From a virus (Duplodnaviria; Caudoviricetes): a stretch of 64,000 nt of DNA. Within the stretch, counting starts at the first letter, position 1. Each line of letters begins with the position of its first letter. Below, in pieces: positions 37,060 through 46,800 of this stretch. The stretch spans positions 63,918-127,917 of the IMG/VR virus record IMGVR_UViG_3300017987_005478; one strand, 5' to 3'. The notes beneath the pieces were generated by a model. The model saw only the letters and a list, made by a program, of their open reading frames with translations. It was not told the DNA's origin and searched no databases. The translations under genes and the position numbers were made by a program.

Positions 37060-38211
37060 TTATATCTCCGGATTATATTTCTCTATCAATTCTGTATTTA
37101 TACACTCTGCAACTGCTTCGTCAAACTTCTGTCTGAATTTTTCATCTTCTTGATATGTAATTTTCGCGTCTTTCGTGCGGACCTTCTTTTCAGGATAATT
37201 TTTTAGAAAATTCCAAGCTCCAGTTTGGAGTCGTTTTTCCTGCGCTAAAAAATTGTAACTTGTCCAGAAATTTGAGAACCCCCTGACAAAATCACCAACT
37301 AATTCAACTTCAATGTTTGGCGGAAAGAGTTTACACTTTACAGTTTTAGCTGAAGCAATGATTCCATCAAAACCATACTTGGCTGGATCTAATGCTCTTT
37401 TTGCTTTCATTTCAAGTAATGTAAAAGCATTAAATTTCAAAATATTTCCACCTGGCATACTTTTGCCAGTAGACATAAATCTGAGATCTTTTGCTGGAGC
37501 AAACTGAGTTATCTGGAGCTGATCTCTCAACTGATTTACAGCCAACCAGCATATATTGTACTGAGCGCATCTTGCTACATATTTTGGCACGAGAATAGAT
37601 AGCATTCGAGCTTTATAACCAATAACAGAATTGATATCGTCAACCTGTCGCTCTTTTTCACTCAATGTATTTGCAATTGAGTCCCATACACATACTGAAG
37701 GAATCTCAGGAATTTTCTTCTGTTCTTTAAATAAACACAATGTTTCAAGATGTTTAAAAACTTTTTCAACTGTGATATCTGTATATGGTTTAATTTTTGG
37801 ATTTTTTACACCAAGATTTGCTAATCTCAATGTTGTGGTTGCTTCCTCCGAATCCAAAAATGAAGCGAGAAATTTCTCATACTGCACCTGTCCAGCAGCA
37901 ATGGTTTTGATAGCTAACATACTTTTACCACTACCAGGAGTTCCAACAATGATACTCAAAGCACCAACCGGAAAACCACCACCCAAAATGGCGTCTAATA
38001 CATCAACTCCTGTTGGGACAAGTAATTTGACTCCTGTATCAAAAGACATATCTGCTTTAACTTCAAGAAAATCACTAAACTCTTCATATAATGATTGAGC
38101 TTCTGTTTTCTTTTCTGGTTCTTTATCACTCAGTTTTACACTGTTTAAAACTTCTTCAGGTTTAACAGGTTCTTGAGCAACCTCTTCAGTCTCTGCTTTT
38201 TCGACGTTCAT
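37060..38211 (-). CDS. uvsX: RecA/UvsX-like recombinase
   Basis: PTGVDVLDAILGGG, GTPGSGKS, LDSE, VWDS, KARMLS, VNQLR, PGGNILKF. Confidence 0.92.
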   Translation of the reverse strand: MNVEKAETEEVAQEPVKPEEVLNSVKLSDKEPEKKTEAQSLYEEFSDFLEVKADMSFDTGVKLLVPTGVDVLDAILGGGFPVGALSIIVGTPGSGKSMLAIKTIAAGQVQYEKFLASFLDSEEATTTLRLANLGVKNPKIKPYTDITVEKVFKHLETLCLFKEQKKIPEIPSVCVWDSIANTLSEKERQVDDINSVIGYKARMLSILVPKYVARCAQYNICWLAVNQLRDQLQITQFAPAKDLRFMSTGKSMPGGNILKFNAFTLLEMKAKRALDPAKYGFDGIIASAKTVKCKLFPPNIEVELVGDFVRGFSNFWTSYNFLAQEKRLQTGAWNFLKNYPEKKVRTKDAKITYQEDEKFRQKFDEAVAECINTELIEKYNPEI

Positions 38212-38220
38212 TCAAGCCTC

Positions 38221-38616
38221 CTACGCGGCGTCTTGTTTCAATTCATCCGTCCGTTTTTGAAAATTCTCTACTTTCTTGGCGATTTTTCGAATGTCAAAAA
38301 GTTCTTCTAGAGATTCAGCTTCACCAAGATCGTCTTTTAATAGTCTTCGTCTCAGTTCAATTTCATCCTTGAGACTTTTAGTTATTTCTTTCCTCATATC
38401 AAGCAATGTGTTAAATATACCTGTCGCTGCTTTAACTTTTTCTTCAAAAATTCTAATAAATCTTTGATCCATTTTCTGAGGAAAGAGACTGTCTACTTTT
38501 GTTTTGATAGCATCAAGATCCGTAATCATAGCTTTGATGGCGTCTCGTTGTTCTTTAAATTCACTAAGCAAGCTATCTAAAATTTCTACATTAGGATCTC
38601 TAATTTCATCATTCAT
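38221..38616 (-). CDS. Coiled-coil hypothetical protein
   Basis: 131 aa, helical heptad pattern. Confidence 0.65.
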   Translation of the reverse strand: MNDEIRDPNVEILDSLLSEFKEQRDAIKAMITDLDAIKTKVDSLFPQKMDQRFIRIFEEKVKAATGIFNTLLDMRKEITKSLKDEIELRRRLLKDDLGEAESLEELFDIRKIAKKVENFQKRTDELKQDAA

Positions 38617-38625
38617 ATTAACCCC

Positions 38626-38832
38626 TTATATTTGTTCAGTAAGGACTTGCATCTTACCTGTCACATCATGAGGATTTCTTTGTGAACCGCCCTCAACAAT
38701 CTTTCCGCCTTGTACATATTCACAAGAAAATTGAGTTAATCTATCTCGTCTTGCACCAAAACAAGATCCTGTTTTATTATATGGACACGTCTGTCCATGC
38801 GGACATGCTTCTCCTTCTTTTAACACGAGCAT
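38626..38832 (-). CDS. Small Cys-containing protein
   Basis: CPHGQTCPY...C...C; fills the gap in the operon. Confidence 0.6.
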   Translation of the reverse strand: MLVLKEGEACPHGQTCPYNKTGSCFGARRDRLTQFSCEYVQGGKIVEGGSQRNPHDVTGKMQVLTEQI

Positions 38833-39227
38833 ACTGATTCCTCCAACTGTTTCATTGCTTTAAGACCTTCTATTGCGGCCTCGTTAGTACGTTTTGCGAG
38901 TTGTACAAGTTCAAACCCTAACATATCGTTTTTGATTTTTTCCCATGTTTTACGATTAAAATGTCCATCTGGAAGATCTCTTCCTCTGGTCCAATCCTCT
39001 CCAGCTCTAGGTTTTCTAGAAGAGACCTGACATCCAAGATACCCGGGATGATCATACTTGTCCAATGCAACAAAACGATACACATAATTGTCAGTATACA
39101 ACGCGAAAACCCATTTTGTTTCCTCATTGTTTCCATGACCTGCAACATCCTCCACTGCTTCGTCAAAGTTGACGAAACGACAAAGGTCAGTTTTGACCCA
39201 ATTTCTCAATTCATCCATTTTATTCAT
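38820..39227 (-). CDS. Hypothetical protein
   Basis: 135 aa; YLGC...RKPRAGEDWTRGRDLPDG segment. Confidence 0.7.
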   Translation of the reverse strand: MNKMDELRNWVKTDLCRFVNFDEAVEDVAGHGNNEETKWVFALYTDNYVYRFVALDKYDHPGYLGCQVSSRKPRAGEDWTRGRDLPDGHFNRKTWEKIKNDMLGFELVQLAKRTNEAAIEGLKAMKQLEESVCSC

Positions 39228-39291
39228 AATTCATTCTCCTATTCTACAAAAGACTCCTCTAGACGCAGAGATTTTGTAAAAAAATTATAGT

Positions 39292-39846
39292 CTAGTCGAA
39301 GTAATAATGTACACCAAAACCAACCATGATTTGTTGATCTTCATTGTCAATCTCAATCGTGCCATCTGTATCTGTTAGATAATATCCAGTCTCAATATCA
39401 AAGCCGAGTTCAGGGACGCCCGCAAAGCTCCATTCAAATCCAAAACCAGCACCATATGTTGTGACGTCTGCTTTGTCAGAGATTGAAATATCATCAACTT
39501 TCCCCCATAGACCTTCACCAAAGAAATAGAACTTTGATTGTTCCGATCTTACTGGAGCAGCCATGAGTTTAACACCGTAAAGAGCAAGATCACCATCAGA
39601 TTGTATACCGGTTTCATCTTTTACTTCTGTATTTGAGTAATAAAAATTTCCTTCTGCACCGAACCAGCCGTCTGTCCAGCCTCGGATGCTTACACCCATA
39701 TAGTTATCTTCTGTTGAATTCAGCGTATGAAATCCAAAACCAATTTTGCCAGGATTACCTGAATCTGGTACTTCAGCCAAAACCGGTGTTGCGAACATAA
39801 GAGCAGCAATAACTGCGATTATACTTAATGCCTTAAAAATCTTCAT
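39292..39846 (-). CDS. Outer-membrane beta-barrel protein with signal peptide
   Basis: Signal peptide ending PVLA, alternating aromatic/Gly strands, C-terminal MVGFGVHYYFD beta-signal. Confidence 0.85.
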   Translation of the reverse strand: MKIFKALSIIAVIAALMFATPVLAEVPDSGNPGKIGFGFHTLNSTEDNYMGVSIRGWTDGWFGAEGNFYYSNTEVKDETGIQSDGDLALYGVKLMAAPVRSEQSKFYFFGEGLWGKVDDISISDKADVTTYGAGFGFEWSFAGVPELGFDIETGYYLTDTDGTIEIDNEDQQIMVGFGVHYYFD

Positions 39847-39898
39847 TCTAAAAATTTCCTCCTGTTTTTGAAATGTACTCTGCGTCTAGAGTCGCCTT

Positions 39899-41629
39899 TT
39901 ATATTTCACATGAACCCGTTGCACATTGGACGTCAGCTTCCGTCCTCGTCATCTCAATTACTCCATTCTTACTGAGTAGATATTCTCTTGCGTCTTCTTC
40001 AGAGACTCTGTTCAAAGGTTGTCCGTCTCGACAACCATCTCTATAAACTGTAACTCCTTTCAAGTCCGTAATATACTCTAGTAGTAATGCGCTCAATTCA
40101 TCGTCCGTTGTGTCATGAGGAAGATTAATTGTCTTCGAAACGGATCCGTCAGTATATTTTTGGAGCGCTACCTGGACCTCGAAATGGTCTGTAGGTGACA
40201 AATCGAATGCGTCAACGTACCAATCTGGAATTTCTTCTCCTGATTGTAGGAGCTTTTCATAGATTGGGTGGACATACATTCGATCACCTACTCGATCGTG
40301 CCTCATATATGCTTTCGCGAATAGTGGTTCTCCACTGCCCGTATATTCCGTTAGAAGTGAAATTGTCCCATTTGGAGCAAGGGCCATCAATGTAGTGTTC
40401 CTAATACCATAATTTTTAATATCAGTTCTGATTCTGGCGGGAAGTTTTCTAACGAAAGATGCTTTCTTGTGTTGAATTGGGTCAAATGCTGGAAAGGAAC
40501 CTTTTTCAGCGGCGAGTTCAATTGAAGCGGTGTAGCAAGCGTTGCGGATAAATTGCATTAATCTCTCGATTTCTGCACAGGCTCGTTCACTTCCATAGCG
40601 TAGTTTTTTAGCAAAAAGATATTCCGCTAATCCAAGAATACCAATACCAATTCTTCTTGATTTATGAGCATTGATGTCAATATCTTTAAGAGTATATTTG
40701 TTTACATCAATAACATTATCTAAAAAACGAACTGCAAGTTTAATTGTCCGTTCAAGTTTTTGCCAGTTTGTATTAACTTTACCGGTAATAAAATTTGGTA
40801 AAACTAAAGAACCAAGGTCACAAACACCATACGGTCCAAGAGTTGTTTCACCACATGGATTTGTTCCTAATACAGGTTCAAAATAATATGAATTGTTCTT
40901 TTGAAAATTATCCCAGTTGAGTAAACCAGGCTCAGCACACTTGACCATGTTTGACACAATTTTCTGCCAAATAGTTCTTGCTTTTACTTTACCATAACTT
41001 CTCTGTTTGAATTTGAATTCCCAATCATCGTCCGCCTCAACTGCTTCTAGAAATTTACCATTTACAGAAACGGATATATTGAAATGTGAAATTCTACCAT
41101 CAACTAACTTTGCGTCAATAAAATCACCAACTTCTGGGTGTGATACATCAACATGTGCAATAGCTGCAGCTCTCCTGCTTCCACCACTCTCAATGGTATC
41201 GGCTACAGCATCTGTTGCTTGGATAAAACTTACAAGACCTGAAGACTCTCCACCTTTACCAAAAATCTTGTCTCCTTTTGGTCTTAATGGAGTAAAATTA
41301 ACTCCAACTCCTCCACCCTCTGACCAGAGTATTAAAGAATCTTTAATTAACTGACCTATTTCTTCAATGCTATCACCAACCGGGAGATGATAACAATTAA
41401 ATAATGATCCTCGGGGACGACCACAATTTCTAAGGATTCTACCTCCGGGTAGAAAATCCATATTATGTATCATTTCATGGAATTTTTCAATATAATGTTG
41501 TCTCTTAACTTCGGGTGTTGAAATTACACTAGCAACTCTCAGGGAACATGCGTCCCAATCCTCTCCTTCCATGAAGTATCTGCTTGTTGCAACTTGGATC
41601 GCATTGTCAGTCATTTTGACCTTTTTCAT
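39899..41629 (-). CDS. nrdJ: Class II (adenosylcobalamin-dependent) ribonucleotide reductase
   Basis: FLPGGRIL, FNCY, GGGVG, TNPCGE, CDLGS, RRIGIG, APNGT, SVSKTIN, KGVTVYRDG, C-terminal CATGSC; start adjusted to ATG after RBS AGGAG. Confidence 0.92.
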   Translation of the reverse strand: MKKVKMTDNAIQVATSRYFMEGEDWDACSLRVASVISTPEVKRQHYIEKFHEMIHNMDFLPGGRILRNCGRPRGSLFNCYHLPVGDSIEEIGQLIKDSLILWSEGGGVGVNFTPLRPKGDKIFGKGGESSGLVSFIQATDAVADTIESGGSRRAAAIAHVDVSHPEVGDFIDAKLVDGRISHFNISVSVNGKFLEAVEADDDWEFKFKQRSYGKVKARTIWQKIVSNMVKCAEPGLLNWDNFQKNNSYYFEPVLGTNPCGETTLGPYGVCDLGSLVLPNFITGKVNTNWQKLERTIKLAVRFLDNVIDVNKYTLKDIDINAHKSRRIGIGILGLAEYLFAKKLRYGSERACAEIERLMQFIRNACYTASIELAAEKGSFPAFDPIQHKKASFVRKLPARIRTDIKNYGIRNTTLMALAPNGTISLLTEYTGSGEPLFAKAYMRHDRVGDRMYVHPIYEKLLQSGEEIPDWYVDAFDLSPTDHFEVQVALQKYTDGSVSKTINLPHDTTDDELSALLLEYITDLKGVTVYRDGCRDGQPLNRVSEEDAREYLLSKNGVIEMTRTEADVQCATGSCEI

Positions 41630-41736
41630 ATAAATTCTCCTTAATCTCACGTAATTTGTATTTTGTTCGGTTAATTCAGAATAGTTTCTTAACTAACTAG
41701 ATTCATACTGTTCCTCCATGCGCTTCAAACTATTTC

Positions 41737-42063
41737 TTATTCTCTTCTTTTTATCAAGTCTTTGACTTCTTCCTCTCCCTCTTCCTCTGCGGGTTCATGT
41801 TCTGTATCAAGCGATTCTAACAAATACTCAAACTCTCCAATGTGCTCCTTTTCTTCTTTAGCTACATCTAAAAGAACACGACGCACATTCTCATCCTGAC
41901 AAAAATGTGCCATATTTTCATAGAGATTTGCAGCATCATATTCAGCAATTATCGCCAATCTTAACATTTGATACTCTCTTTGTGGCGATTCCAAATCAAT
42001 AATTGTTTTTAATTTAACAAACAATTCAGTAAGATTCTGTTTCATTTCAGTTATTTGATTCAT
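41737..42063 (-). CDS. Short ferritin-like (rubrerythrin/EncFtn-type) protein
   Basis: LRLAIIAEYDAANLYE...LLDVAKEEKEHIGEF di-iron motifs. Confidence 0.85.
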   Translation of the reverse strand: MNQITEMKQNLTELFVKLKTIIDLESPQREYQMLRLAIIAEYDAANLYENMAHFCQDENVRRVLLDVAKEEKEHIGEFEYLLESLDTEHEPAEEEGEEEVKDLIKRRE

Positions 42064-42701
42064 GATATTTTTCCTTTAAATAACATGTAGTGTTGCTGCT
42101 TATATTGTCCACCTCTTGCAACACCAGTATTTATTAGGTGATATAAACCCTTTAACTTTTTTCCTTGTAAACTAACAGCTATATGTGCCGGAGAATATTT
42201 TTCAACAATACACGAACCTTCATCAAAAACTTTCAGTGTTCCGCCACCATATTCTCCTTTCGGAATCTTACCAACAAATAAAGCTTCTTTATCTGAATGG
42301 GCATGGGTTTTGATTGCAAGAACCTTTGTCCCAGGTTTTAAAGGAACACCCTTTGGAACTGCAAATGAATCCCACTTATCCGATGCAACACGAATTCTCA
42401 AATCTTGATGTTTACCAGCTCTCAAGGCTAGATGATCATGTACAACAAATGTTGTTTTAGTCCCAGGTCGTACTTTGATAGCTTCCGAAACATTTGAACC
42501 AAGTGGACTGTTGTGTTTCATCCCACGCCTCTTCATTTCCTCAACAATAACAGCATGTTTTTGTCTGAGTAATTTCAACAACACTTTATTATCATGCTTT
42601 TTTGCAACAGTATATAACTGATGTGTCCTATAATGAAGGTTAGTTAATTCTTTTAAAGGAACCTTCTTAATTGTTTTTGAAGTTATTAAATCAAGTTTCA
42701 T
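42060..42701 (-). CDS. LigD 3'-phosphoesterase (PE) domain protein with extra N-terminal domain
   Basis: FVVHDH...HQDLRI...SFAVPKG...LAIKTHAH...GKIPKGEYGGG. Confidence 0.88.
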   Translation of the reverse strand: MKLDLITSKTIKKVPLKELTNLHYRTHQLYTVAKKHDNKVLLKLLRQKHAVIVEEMKRRGMKHNSPLGSNVSEAIKVRPGTKTTFVVHDHLALRAGKHQDLRIRVASDKWDSFAVPKGVPLKPGTKVLAIKTHAHSDKEALFVGKIPKGEYGGGTLKVFDEGSCIVEKYSPAHIAVSLQGKKLKGLYHLINTGVARGGQYKQQHYMLFKGKIS

Positions 42702-42913
42702 ACAGCACCTTTTGTTACACGCTTTAATGAAACTTTAAGGACCATTTTAATTAACGCTTTAGCTGCTTTCCAATTTCCTGTATTTGCAATTCTATCCATC
42801 ATTCTCGCTTGACCTGGAGTTGCCCTTTCGTAAAACCGGACCATCTCCTCAAACCCAAGATTTCCAACATAAGCAACCTCAAGCTGAATAATTGATAAAT
42901 AGTTATTTAACAT
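42698..42913 (-). CDS. Hypothetical protein
   Basis: Start adjusted to MLNNYLSIIQLE after RBS GGAG. Confidence 0.6.
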   Translation of the reverse strand: MLNNYLSIIQLEVAYVGNLGFEEMVRFYERATPGQARMMDRIANTGNWKAAKALIKMVLKVSLKRVTKGAV

Positions 42914-43406
42914 CTCCGTTTCTCCGATCCGCCAATGCCAGTCTAGCAAGACCATAAGCGTCTGCTAAATTGTCATCTTTAAAATCGATTCCCCATCTAG
43001 TTCTGATTGACTCCATCATTTGATCTTTTTTCGCGTGTCCATTATCTGTAACAAATTTCTTTAGAGTCATTGGCGGCACAACTTTGTATTTTATATCTCG
43101 ATCAAACATAAACATTGTCATTGAATACAACAATGCACATCGTTCAAAAAGTGTCGGACTTGCCGACATATATGATAATCCTTCAATACACACAGAGTGT
43201 AGCTTTCTAATATTAGCAATAAACTTTACATCATTGAATATATCAAGAATTCTCTGCTCAGGACAGAGATAACATTCTTTATAAGTTGAGATTAATTTTT
43301 CTTGAATCAATTCCCCTTTGTCATTTATAATCACCACTGCATTTCCAGTAAGTGATGGGTCAATACCGACAAAAAACTCCTTATCTTGATAACTTGGCAT
43401 CCTCAC
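42903..43406 (-). CDS. ruvC: RuvC-like Holliday junction resolvase
   Basis: VGIDPSLT, CIEG, VPPMTLKKF, AKKDQM, DNLADA. Confidence 0.9.
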   Translation of the reverse strand: MRMPSYQDKEFFVGIDPSLTGNAVVIINDKGELIQEKLISTYKECYLCPEQRILDIFNDVKFIANIRKLHSVCIEGLSYMSASPTLFERCALLYSMTMFMFDRDIKYKVVPPMTLKKFVTDNGHAKKDQMMESIRTRWGIDFKDDNLADAYGLARLALADRRNGDVK

Positions 43407-43409
43407 TCC

Positions 43410-44132
43410 TTACCCGAATTCAATTGTCACATTTGGTAAATATGTTTGTTTGAATATTTCTTCCATTTCTCGTTTTAATTCTTTACCTTCTTCATAAATA
43501 TCTGCTGATATTGGTATTTCTCCAAACGGAGTTCTCATTTGTCCATCAGCGTATTTCTTACGAATGCGCCCTAGTTTAATCATAATATCTGCAAGGGCGT
43601 ATTTACAAAAATATAATTGTAGATCATTCGGAATGCCGCGATAGTCAGGTGGTTGCACTCTTTCATATTCCACTGTAACGGATGTATCATGTGATGGATT
43701 TATTGGTGAAATACGAATAATATTTGGATGTTCAAATTCATATGTTTTATCATATGAAGAATGCATCATAACATCCATTGATTGTGAAACACTTAATGCC
43801 CATGATTCTAACTCACCATGACTCATCGGACCTAGGGGTGGGTGACCATGTAGAATATGATGTCCTAACGTCCAGTATACTTCAATAACATTTAGAATTT
43901 CCAGTCCTTCTGGTTCTTCCAGATAAAATTCATTCACTCTTCCTGGAACTTGATTAGTCTCTAAAAGTAAGTTCAGGTTCATCTTTTTTACATCAGGAAT
44001 ATAATATGAAAACTCCCTCAACGTATATGTCTCGACAAATTCAAGAATATTCTCGTCAGTCAGCTCCAATTGTTGGAATGGAAAGCCTAAATGGTCTTTG
44101 ATGTAATTAAGGACCCGACTTTGATTTAACAT
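43410..44132 (-). CDS. Neck/head-completion protein, T4 gp13-like
   Basis: YIKDHLG...LELTDENI N-terminus; KYALADIMIKLGRIRKKY...IYEEG C-terminus. Confidence 0.7.
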   Translation of the reverse strand: MLNQSRVLNYIKDHLGFPFQQLELTDENILEFVETYTLREFSYYIPDVKKMNLNLLLETNQVPGRVNEFYLEEPEGLEILNVIEVYWTLGHHILHGHPPLGPMSHGELESWALSVSQSMDVMMHSSYDKTYEFEHPNIIRISPINPSHDTSVTVEYERVQPPDYRGIPNDLQLYFCKYALADIMIKLGRIRKKYADGQMRTPFGEIPISADIYEEGKELKREMEEIFKQTYLPNVTIEFG

Positions 44133-44143
44133 ACATACCTCTC

Positions 44144-45283
44144 TTATGTTCCGAAGTATATAGTGTCAAGATCCTCCTCTATAATTGTAACGTTCATTTG
44201 ATTCAATGCGTCCTTAATTGCTTGACATGGTGCAATACTACAATCTTGGACAATATCTCTCACTTGTTTTCGCCGTTTCACCATCTCGACACTACTTGGA
44301 TCATCTAAATGTCTTGACAGTAGCTCGAACGAAACTAAACGCATATTTTCTGAAATAAGCGAATTAGCCTGTTCTTCTTGAATAACACTATTTAGATATT
44401 TGTTCGAGTTTCGATAGCCAGTAAGATCAAAAATTGGCTTTTCAGCCATGATCATATCATACAATTGATCCATACCACCAACCATATTTACAGCTTTTTC
44501 TAGCATGTCAGAAGCTCGTTTTGGACCAACACCTTTTACACCATCCACATCATCTCCAGAGTCTCCCATAATTGCCATAGCAAATGGTATGTAATCATCT
44601 GGGTGTGGGTTGTCAATTTTAAGACACGATTTCATTCCTTGTCCTCTCCGGACAATTCTTTTTGTCTTAAAAGCTTTCTGAAACATATATACATGTTCCC
44701 CAGCAGTCAAACACTGAAGCAGATCATGATCATTTGAATATACAACATGTGCAGTTTTATCGCTCTTGTCAACTAGATTTCTACTAATCAAGTAGTACGG
44801 AATAAAGTCGGCTTCAAGATGTTGCAAACGAAACAACTTTATGTTTGGAAGTTTGTTGCATGCTCTCTCAGCCAACTTTAGGTTTTTCTGACATACATCA
44901 AAAAATAATTCTCTCTTTTCTCTCTCTAAACCATATAGATCATCTATCCTTCTGGATATTTTATACTTCTTTCTAATGTTAGTATGATATACTGAGGTTC
45001 CAGTCTCAAAGAAAATAAAAATATTTATTTTGAGTTGTCGTTTAATGGCGTAAAGTTTGTGGAAGGCTAAAAAAGAAATAATTGCAGAAAAAATTGAACT
45101 ATCAGAGACATTAGATCTAATAGTATTTTCCACAATATTTTTGATGGTATGCTCCATATACAACGTTTGTAAATTGTTTTTCAAATCCATGTATATGTTG
45201 AGAGTGTCATAATCTCCATACGACACTATCTCGTCCAACAAAGAGTATGTTGGATAGTAGCTTAATATTGATGACGGGTGCAT
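44144..45283 (-). CDS. 5'-3' exonuclease / T4 RNase H-like flap nuclease
   Basis: YKISR, LEADFI, SNDHDLLQ, GDSGDDVDGVKGVGPKRA. Confidence 0.9.
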   Translation of the reverse strand: MHPSSILSYYPTYSLLDEIVSYGDYDTLNIYMDLKNNLQTLYMEHTIKNIVENTIRSNVSDSSIFSAIISFLAFHKLYAIKRQLKINIFIFFETGTSVYHTNIRKKYKISRRIDDLYGLEREKRELFFDVCQKNLKLAERACNKLPNIKLFRLQHLEADFIPYYLISRNLVDKSDKTAHVVYSNDHDLLQCLTAGEHVYMFQKAFKTKRIVRRGQGMKSCLKIDNPHPDDYIPFAMAIMGDSGDDVDGVKGVGPKRASDMLEKAVNMVGGMDQLYDMIMAEKPIFDLTGYRNSNKYLNSVIQEEQANSLISENMRLVSFELLSRHLDDPSSVEMVKRRKQVRDIVQDCSIAPCQAIKDALNQMNVTIIEEDLDTIYFGT

Positions 45284-45723
45284 TACGTCTCCATTCTTAG
45301 TTCATGGTCTAATCTAATAGTATCGCCTGGTCCTATAAACACTTTACCTCTACCAAACCCTGTCGTTCTCCGCATTCCCATCTCAGGTATTTCGATTGTG
45401 ACTTCCTCTATCTCCATACTTTTCTTAACAGGAATCTCTAAATTGAATTTGATAGTCTCAAAGTTAATTGGAACCTCTGTTTTACAAATCAACCACTCAT
45501 CTAAATAAAGTTTTACCTCAGTGTGATGAACCTCTGGCTCTGGTGGCTTATCTTCTTCATCAAAAAACCAATCCCGCCAGTCGCCCCAAATAATCTTTTT
45601 TGTTGTGACAACAATTTCCTTGTTGTCTGTTGTAACATCTACATTACGTTTTTTCTTCGCTGACTCCCATATTTTGGAAAAAGATTTCGGGATTATCGGC
45701 AAGTTTCTTAACAAATTTTTCAA
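45283..45723 (-). CDS. Hypothetical protein (start uncertain)
   Basis: ORF fills the gap; overlaps upstream gene by 80 bp. Confidence 0.5.
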   Translation of the reverse strand: MKNLLRNLPIIPKSFSKIWESAKKKRNVDVTTDNKEIVVTTKKIIWGDWRDWFFDEEDKPPEPEVHHTEVKLYLDEWLICKTEVPINFETIKFNLEIPVKKSMEIEEVTIEIPEMGMRRTTGFGRGKVFIGPGDTIRLDHELRMET

Positions 45724-45835
45724 ACGGAGTCACCTCCTCTAAAACATGTGACTGGCCGCCACACCAGTCACATTTTCGCATGTTATCAGTACCTTCCCAC
45801 TCATGGTGGCAATCATTACATTTATAGTACGGCAT
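45644..45835 (-). CDS. FmdB-like zinc-ribbon protein
   Basis: MPYYKCNDCHHEWE...CDWCG. Confidence 0.7.
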   Translation of the reverse strand: MPYYKCNDCHHEWEGTDNMRKCDWCGGQSHVLEEVTPFEKFVKKLADNPEIFFQNMGVSEEKT

Positions 45836-46602
45836 TACTCCTCCGCATCTTCTCCTGTATCGACCAAAGCAGAACGGGTATACAAATTAATATCAATATC
45901 AGCAATGGTCGTAGAGAATTTATTTGCTGATACATTTGGTTGGACATTAAACATTTGAAATGCAATATCTCCGTCATGGTCAATAATAAACGGTGTAATA
46001 ACCATATGCGAAGAGCATTGCAAAACCTTGTCAGTAACAAGACCCTCTAGAAATTTGGCGTACTGATCTCCAGATTGAGTCTTCGCATATATTGAGGCTT
46101 CTTCACCTTCTACATCAACTTGTACCGTATTGACACTAAAACCAGCAGATACAATACGCATTCTGTCAGAAATGAAACTGGAAATATCCGCACTGAGTAT
46201 GAGATCCTCATCATTCATTGCAAAAATGTTTGCCATCTCCTCTTCAGGTATAAATTTATTATCCATGTAATCAAGATCTGGCATTTCAAATCTCAATACA
46301 GAATATTGATCTGAAAATGAAAATGATCCGTTTTCTCCCTCAGGCACATCAACTGTAATCTCAACCTCTTGTTCAGAAAACATTTTAAGTAAGTCGAGTT
46401 TTTGTTTTAAACCAGAAAATGGAATTGTTATATCACCAACCAAAGGCGTCAGGTCAATCTCAAATACAGAGGTATTTTCATTTGCTCGTTGGCGGACAAT
46501 ACCTTCACGAATATCTGCATCATTACAATGTTCTCTCAACACAGACAAACATCTCAACAATTCGTCAAATTTTTCAGCATCCAAATTAATAGTTTGCTCC
46601 AT
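45835..46602 (-). CDS. Sliding clamp (T4 gp45/PCNA-like)
   Basis: 255 aa, strongly acidic, two-domain size, near primase and clamp loader; inferred largely from size and context. Confidence 0.65.
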   Translation of the reverse strand: MEQTINLDAEKFDELLRCLSVLREHCNDADIREGIVRQRANENTSVFEIDLTPLVGDITIPFSGLKQKLDLLKMFSEQEVEITVDVPEGENGSFSFSDQYSVLRFEMPDLDYMDNKFIPEEEMANIFAMNDEDLILSADISSFISDRMRIVSAGFSVNTVQVDVEGEEASIYAKTQSGDQYAKFLEGLVTDKVLQCSSHMVITPFIIDHDGDIAFQMFNVQPNVSANKFSTTIADIDINLYTRSALVDTGEDAEE

Positions 46603-46617
46603 TACACAATCTCCTTT

Positions 46618-46800
46618 CTATTTTCCCCATCCATCTTGTTTACCGTGGGTAGGCCACAGCTCTTTCGCACACTTATACACACCTGTTCCACTCATTTGTG
46701 AAAAGGTTAGTTCACCTTTAACTCTTTTGATTGTCGCTAGAACTTTCGGATCCTTCTTTGCTACAAGATCCAGTATCATTCTCGCTCGCTTTTTTCTCAC
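46618..46800 (-). CDS. Small hypothetical protein
   Basis: 60-aa ORF with RBS GGAGG. Confidence 0.5.
   Translation of the reverse strand: MRKKRARMILDLVAKKDPKVLATIKRVKGELTFSQMSGTGVYKCAKELWPTHGKQDGWGK

Noticed and set aside
38221-38616. Terminase small subunit
   Set aside because: Size and helicity fit, but there is no diagnostic motif and no large terminase nearby
9779-41629. Inteins or introns in topoisomerase, RNAP, RecA or RNR
   Set aside because: Motif spacing and lengths are continuous, with no splice-junction motifs or frame breaks seen
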